A DNA stretch of 44,478 bases from a virus: IMG/VR virus record IMGVR_UViG_3300029316_000009; one strand, 5' to 3'. Below are positions 40,693 through 44,478 of this stretch, piece by piece. The translations under genes were made by a program, and so were the position numbers. How positions within the stretch are numbered: position 1 is the stretch's first letter; each line of letters starts with the position of its first letter. Below the pieces are notes generated by a model. The model did no database searches, was not told where the DNA came from, and saw only the letters and a program-made list of their open reading frames with translations.

Positions 40693-40992
40693 ATGCGAAC
40701 CAGGCAAAAGTCACTTGTTGATTTTGGCGTATATCCAGAAGATATTAACCGTTTAAAGGATATATGTCAAAAAGCTACACCAGAGCAGAGACATGATATT
40801 TTGCACTGCTGCATAAGCTCTTGCCCTCCAGGGATTGAACTTCTGGTGTATGAATCTATTGTAACAAACAAATCCTATGACCGTATCATGAAGACAAAAT
40901 ACATACCGGCAAAGCGAGATGATTTCTATGCATACAAGCGCAAGGCAATGGCTATGTTTTATGATACTTTAAGAAAACTAAGAGAAATATAA
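40693..40992 (+). CDS. Putative late transcriptional regulator (sigma region-4 / ArpU-like)
   Basis: Last gene before the late promoter box and terS, and a paralog of 37132-37446. Confidence 0.55.
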   Translation: MRTRQKSLVDFGVYPEDINRLKDICQKATPEQRHDILHCCISSCPPGIELLVYESIVTNKSYDRIMKTKYIPAKRDDFYAYKRKAMAMFYDTLRKLREI

Positions 40993-41008
40993 TACTACAA
41001 TTAATATT

Positions 41009-41051
41009 AAAATGTGGGGACAAATTTTTCTGCCATGTATGGTAATATAGT
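41009..41051 (+). promoter_or_regulatory. Putative late promoter: AAAATGTGGGGACAA box plus TATAGT
   Basis: The 15-mer at 41009-41023 is identical to 6334-6348. Exactly 22 nt downstream is TATAGT (41046-41051). It lies upstream of terS. Confidence 0.55.
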
Positions 41052-41110
41052 ATATATCTATGACTATGTGCCATATATGGCAGTTTTTGTTTGGAGGTGA
41101 GAACGTGGGA

Positions 41111-41557
41111 ATGCCAATGGGAAAACCGCCCATGTATAAAACGGTGGATGAAATTGAAAAAAAAATCGAAAAATATTTTGAGGATTGTAAAGGATATCCT
41201 TTGACTGATAGCAAAGGCAAACAAATGTTTAATAAATTCGGGTCTCCCGTTTTTGTAGACGTTCACCCTCCGACCGTTACAGGACTTGCTCTGGCCCTTG
41301 GATTTACAAGCAGACAGGCTCTTTTAAACTATCAAGCAAAACCAGAGTTTGTTGACACGATTACGCGCGCGAAAGCCAGAGTGGAACAGTACGCAGAGGA
41401 AAGACTATTTGATCGTGACGGTTCAAATGGCGCTCAGTTTAGTCTTAGAAACAACTTCAAGGGTTGGGACGCTGACAAGAAAAATGATGATTTCGGAGAC
41501 GGAAAGATTACGATTGTGAACAATATTCCAAGACCGGAGAAACAGGATGGAAAGTAA
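41111..41557 (+). CDS. terS: Terminase small subunit
   Basis: PPTVTGLALALGFTSRQALLNY....I.RAKARVEQYAEERLF....GAQFSLRNNFKGW is the terS HTH family pattern. GGAGGTGA RBS. Confidence 0.8.
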   Translation: MPMGKPPMYKTVDEIEKKIEKYFEDCKGYPLTDSKGKQMFNKFGSPVFVDVHPPTVTGLALALGFTSRQALLNYQAKPEFVDTITRAKARVEQYAEERLFDRDGSNGAQFSLRNNFKGWDADKKNDDFGDGKITIVNNIPRPEKQDGK

Positions 41558-42803
41558 CGCTATCAAACTGAATGAGATTGTGGCACCAGCATTTTACAAT
41601 GTGTTTTGGGATATTTTAGATGGTAAACACACTTACTATGATCTGTACGGCGGGCGTGGATCCACGAAGTCGTCTTTTGTGGGTGTAATGATTCCTTTCC
41701 TGATGATGCAGGACGCAGAGAATGATGTGTTCTCGAATGCTGTTATTTTCCGTAAAGTTGGAAACACACTTCGAGAATCCGTTTATGAACAGATAGCATG
41801 GGGAATTGACGCGCTCGGAGTCAATGAACTATGGGACACCAGTGTAAGCCCTATGCAGTACACTTATAAGCCTACTGGACAGAAAATCATATTCAGAGGA
41901 CTGGACAAGGCAAAAAAGACTAAATCTATTAAAGCAAGCAAGGGATATTTCAAGTATCTCTGGTTCGAGGAGCTTGACGAATTTTCGGGAATTGAAGAAA
42001 TTCGTACAGTGCAGCAGTCAGTCCTTCGAGGCGGCAGTAAGTTTGTTGTATTTAAGACATTCAATCCGCCAATTAGCCGGAGCAACTGGGCGAATGTGTA
42101 TGTAGAAGAGCCACGAGACGACAGCTACAGACATAAGAGTGATTACAGATCAGTTCCTGTTGAATGGCTTGGTCAACAATTCCTTGATGATGCGGAGCAT
42201 CTTAAAAAGACAAATCCAAGAGCCTATCAGCATGAATATCTTGGATTGCCTGTCGGACTCGGTACAAATATCTTTGAGTTGTTGGAAATCCGAACGATTC
42301 CAGACGAAGAAATTCAAAAATATCAAAGTGTCTATCAGGGGCAAGACTGGGGATGGTACCCGGATCCCAAAGCGTTTATTCGTGTGGCTTATGTGCCTAA
42401 TCAGGACAAAGTTATCCTGCTGGATGAGCTTGGCGGATGTAAAATTCGAAATACAGCAATGGCTAACCAGATAAAGAAAAAAGGATATGATGATTATTCA
42501 ATATCTTGCGGAGTTGATGAAGAAGAAAGTATTATTGACTTCCGAGATGCAGGGCTTCCAGCACGTAGGGCTATTGTCACACCGGGAAGCCGCAAATATA
42601 CTTTTGAGTGGTTACAGTGCCGAACATTAGTCATTGATCCGGCACGAACGCCTAGAGCATACAAGGAAATTATTAATTATGAACATGAAGTAGATAGCAA
42701 TGGAGAAGTTATCGCAGATTATCCAGATGGTAACGATCACTGGATAGATTCTCTTAGGTATGCGACAAGTCCATTGTCGATGAGAAGGGGGAACAGTGCA
42801 TAA
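41547..42803 (+). CDS. terL: Terminase large subunit (PBSX-type)
   Basis: A Walker A-like GGRGSTKS, WFEELDE, a C-terminal nuclease region, and a position between terS and the portal gene. Confidence 0.9.
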   Translation: MESNAIKLNEIVAPAFYNVFWDILDGKHTYYDLYGGRGSTKSSFVGVMIPFLMMQDAENDVFSNAVIFRKVGNTLRESVYEQIAWGIDALGVNELWDTSVSPMQYTYKPTGQKIIFRGLDKAKKTKSIKASKGYFKYLWFEELDEFSGIEEIRTVQQSVLRGGSKFVVFKTFNPPISRSNWANVYVEEPRDDSYRHKSDYRSVPVEWLGQQFLDDAEHLKKTNPRAYQHEYLGLPVGLGTNIFELLEIRTIPDEEIQKYQSVYQGQDWGWYPDPKAFIRVAYVPNQDKVILLDELGGCKIRNTAMANQIKKKGYDDYSISCGVDEEESIIDFRDAGLPARRAIVTPGSRKYTFEWLQCRTLVIDPARTPRAYKEIINYEHEVDSNGEVIADYPDGNDHWIDSLRYATSPLSMRRGNSA

Positions 42804-42994
42804 TGTGTAAATTTTGCGATGAATTAGCTTCTTGGAAAGAATGCCATGATAATCCAGAATACAAGAAGAATAAATATATATACGGCTGTATGTTGTACAT
42901 ATACATGAAAGACCGAAAAGGGAGCATTACTTCCAGACCGTTTGACCTTAATTATTGTCCGATGTGTGGAAAAAAGATAGCGACAGGTGACTAA
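42803..42994 (+). CDS. Small zinc-ribbon protein
   Basis: CKFC ... CPMCG. Confidence 0.55.
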   Translation: MCKFCDELASWKECHDNPEYKKNKYIYGCMLYIYMKDRKGSITSRPFDLNYCPMCGKKIATGD

Positions 42995-42995
42995 A

Positions 42996-43154
42996 ATGTT
43001 AGATAGGTACTTTTCAGATAAAATAAATAAATTCTTAAGCATCGGTTTAAAAATATATGGATCATCTGACATTAACGAAATCTTAAAAGTTGTAGAATAT
43101 GAAGACATTATTGTGCGAGATACTTCTGTAAGATGGATGGATTTTAAAAGGTAG
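42996..43154 (+). CDS. Small hypothetical protein (52 aa)
   Basis: ORF from ATG 42996 to TAG 43152-43154. It fills the gap before the portal gene. Confidence 0.35.
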   Translation: MLDRYFSDKINKFLSIGLKIYGSSDINEILKVVEYEDIIVRDTSVRWMDFKR

Positions 43155-43195
43155 ATTAAATGGGACTTATAACAACACTAAAAAGGTGGTTTAAC

Positions 43196-44478
43196 ATGAT
43201 ATTCAAAAAACAAGCCGAAGAGGATTTTAATATCCAAGCAGCAGAATTCCCGGAAATGGAATCGTTAATTAATAAATGTGCGAACATATATCGAGGCGTT
43301 CCATACTGGCTAGATGATAAGAATAATATTAAGACGATTAATTTCGCTAAATCTGTCTGCTCAGAAACAGCTCGGCTCGCAACACTGGCAATCGGCATTC
43401 AGATTGATGGTTCCGCAAGAGCTACATGGCTACAGGAGCAGATTGATAAAGTGTATTTCCAAATACGTCACTGGGTAGAATATGGCTGTGCTTATGGAAC
43501 AGTTTTTATTAAACCAAACGGTGAGAACCTTGACGTATTTACTCCGGCAGATGTGATGATTGTAGATTATGACAATCAGGAAATAAAGGGGATTATATTC
43601 AAGGACTATTATACCGTTGGACGGAAATACTACACACGGCTTGAATATCATCGTTTTGTCGAGACTACAATAGATGGCGTGACAACCTATCCGTATTATG
43701 TTTCCAACAGAGCCTATGTATCAAAATCCCCGCAGTCAATCGGCGATAAGATTGACCTTAAACAGACCAAGTGGGCTGACCTCATAGCAGACACGCCGCC
43801 GATTCTTAAGGCGAACGGAGAGAAGTTGAATGGACCTCTGTACGGAGTGCTGCGGACTCCACAGGCGAACAATGTGGATATCAGTACGCCACTTGGCTTA
43901 CCGATATTTGCAGAAGCAATTGAAGAGTTGAAAGACCTGGACATTGCATACAGCCGTAATGCAAAAGAAATCCTTGATTCTAAGAGAACCGTTCTGGCTG
44001 ATGATAGAATACTCATGCCGAGTGGATCACCAGTAGCAGCTATGACACCGCAGGCCATGGAACACAGATGCAAAGAAATGAGCTTGCCGGATTATGTGAA
44101 AAATGTATTCGGACAGGATGAAAAAGAGTTTTATCAAGAAATCAATCCGATTTTAAACACTGATACCCGCATAAGCGGGATAAATGCCCTTTTAAGCCAG
44201 TTAGGGTACAAGATTGGGTTCTCTAACGGATACTTTGTTTTTAACGAATCTAGCGGAATTCAGACGGCTACTGGAGTAGAAGCAGAACAGCAGAGGACAG
44301 TCCAGTTTATCAAAGACGTGAGGGACAAACTGGAATCCTGTCTGGACGAAGTAATTTACGCGCTGAACGTTTACGCTGACCTGTACGGACTTGCACCTGT
44401 CGGAGTTTATGAAGTCAATTATGATTTCGGAGACATCCTCTATGTTAGAGAAAACGACCGTGCAAGGTGGTGGCAGTA
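43196..44478 (+). CDS. Portal protein (SPP1 gp6-like), N-terminal part; continues at 1-216
   Basis: AAGGTGG RBS 7 nt before the ATG at 43196 (alternative ATG at 43160). The frame stays open to the window end and is in phase with 1-216, giving about 469 aa in total. Confidence 0.85.
   Translation, partial: MIFKKQAEEDFNIQAAEFPEMESLINKCANIYRGVPYWLDDKNNIKTINFAKSVCSETARLATLAIGIQIDGSARATWLQEQIDKVYFQIRHWVEYGCAYGTVFIKPNGENLDVFTPADVMIVDYDNQEIKGIIFKDYYTVGRKYYTRLEYHRFVETTIDGVTTYPYYVSNRAYVSKSPQSIGDKIDLKQTKWADLIADTPPILKANGEKLNGPLYGVLRTPQANNVDISTPLGLPIFAEAIEELKDLDIAYSRNAKEILDSKRTVLADDRILMPSGSPVAAMTPQAMEHRCKEMSLPDYVKNVFGQDEKEFYQEINPILNTDTRISGINALLSQLGYKIGFSNGYFVFNESSGIQTATGVEAEQQRTVQFIKDVRDKLESCLDEVIYALNVYADLYGLAPVGVYEVNYDFGDILYVRENDRARWWQ
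44390..44478. repeat. Terminal overlap, identical to 1-89
   Basis: Direct comparison of the two ends. Confidence 0.95.

Larger units (their letters stand above)
1..44478. mobile_element. Complete temperate siphovirus-type phage genome on a circularly closed contig
   Basis: Packaging, head, tail, lysis, lysogeny (serine integrase, CI-like repressor), replication and late-regulator modules are all present. The two ends overlap by 89 identical bases. Confidence 0.9.

Noticed and set aside
1-44478. Stop-codon reassignment or suppressor tRNA use, as seen in some gut phages.
   Set aside because: All large conserved genes (terL, portal, capsid, tape measure, fibre, integrase, helicases) are intact under the standard code. 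The single tRNA has a CAU anticodon, not a suppressor anticodon.

Overview
The window is a complete, circularly closed genome of a temperate siphovirus-type dsDNA phage. Bases 1-89 are identical to 44390-44478. Gene style and strong GGAGG ribosome-binding sites suggest a Firmicutes/Clostridia host.

Gene order around the circle:
- Packaging and head: terS (41111), terL, two small ORFs, then a portal that starts at 43196 and wraps to 216, and a minor capsid protein (737-1906).
- A roughly 4.9 kb accessory island (1906-6810).
- Virion genes: scaffold, major capsid, connector proteins, major tail protein, chaperones, tape measure, tail tip/fibre and a CHAP-SH3 endolysin (6811-22332).
- Lysogeny module: large serine integrase, a zinc-ribbon membrane protein and a CI-like repressor with divergent promoters (22423-25850).
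- Early, recombination and replication genes: Sak4-like ATPase, DUF669-type SSB, two nucleases, a CHC2 zinc-finger protein, an SF3-type helicase, an iteron origin and a Pif1-like helicase.
- Many small ORFs, an orphan DNA methyltransferase and putative late regulators (up to 40992).

The accessory island inside the head module is the least explained part. It holds a papain-like protein, a membrane coiled-coil protein and a sigma-region-4-like protein. It also holds an orphan promoter-terminator unit (sRNA candidate) and a reverse-strand RHH regulator plus a very acidic protein that share operator-bearing promoters. The rest is a five-gene cluster of low-complexity Q/N/G/C-rich proteins and an atypical tRNA(CAU).

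Other notable signals:
- An 11-15 nt motif conserved upstream of three late units.
- A 21-unit 18-bp tandem array encoding a hexapeptide-repeat protein with no synonymous variation between units.
- A duplicated module of a small membrane peptide plus a regulator.
- Gene remnants at a recombination junction.
- A holin-like gene located far from the endolysin.

All functional calls come from reading motifs in the translations. No database search was run.
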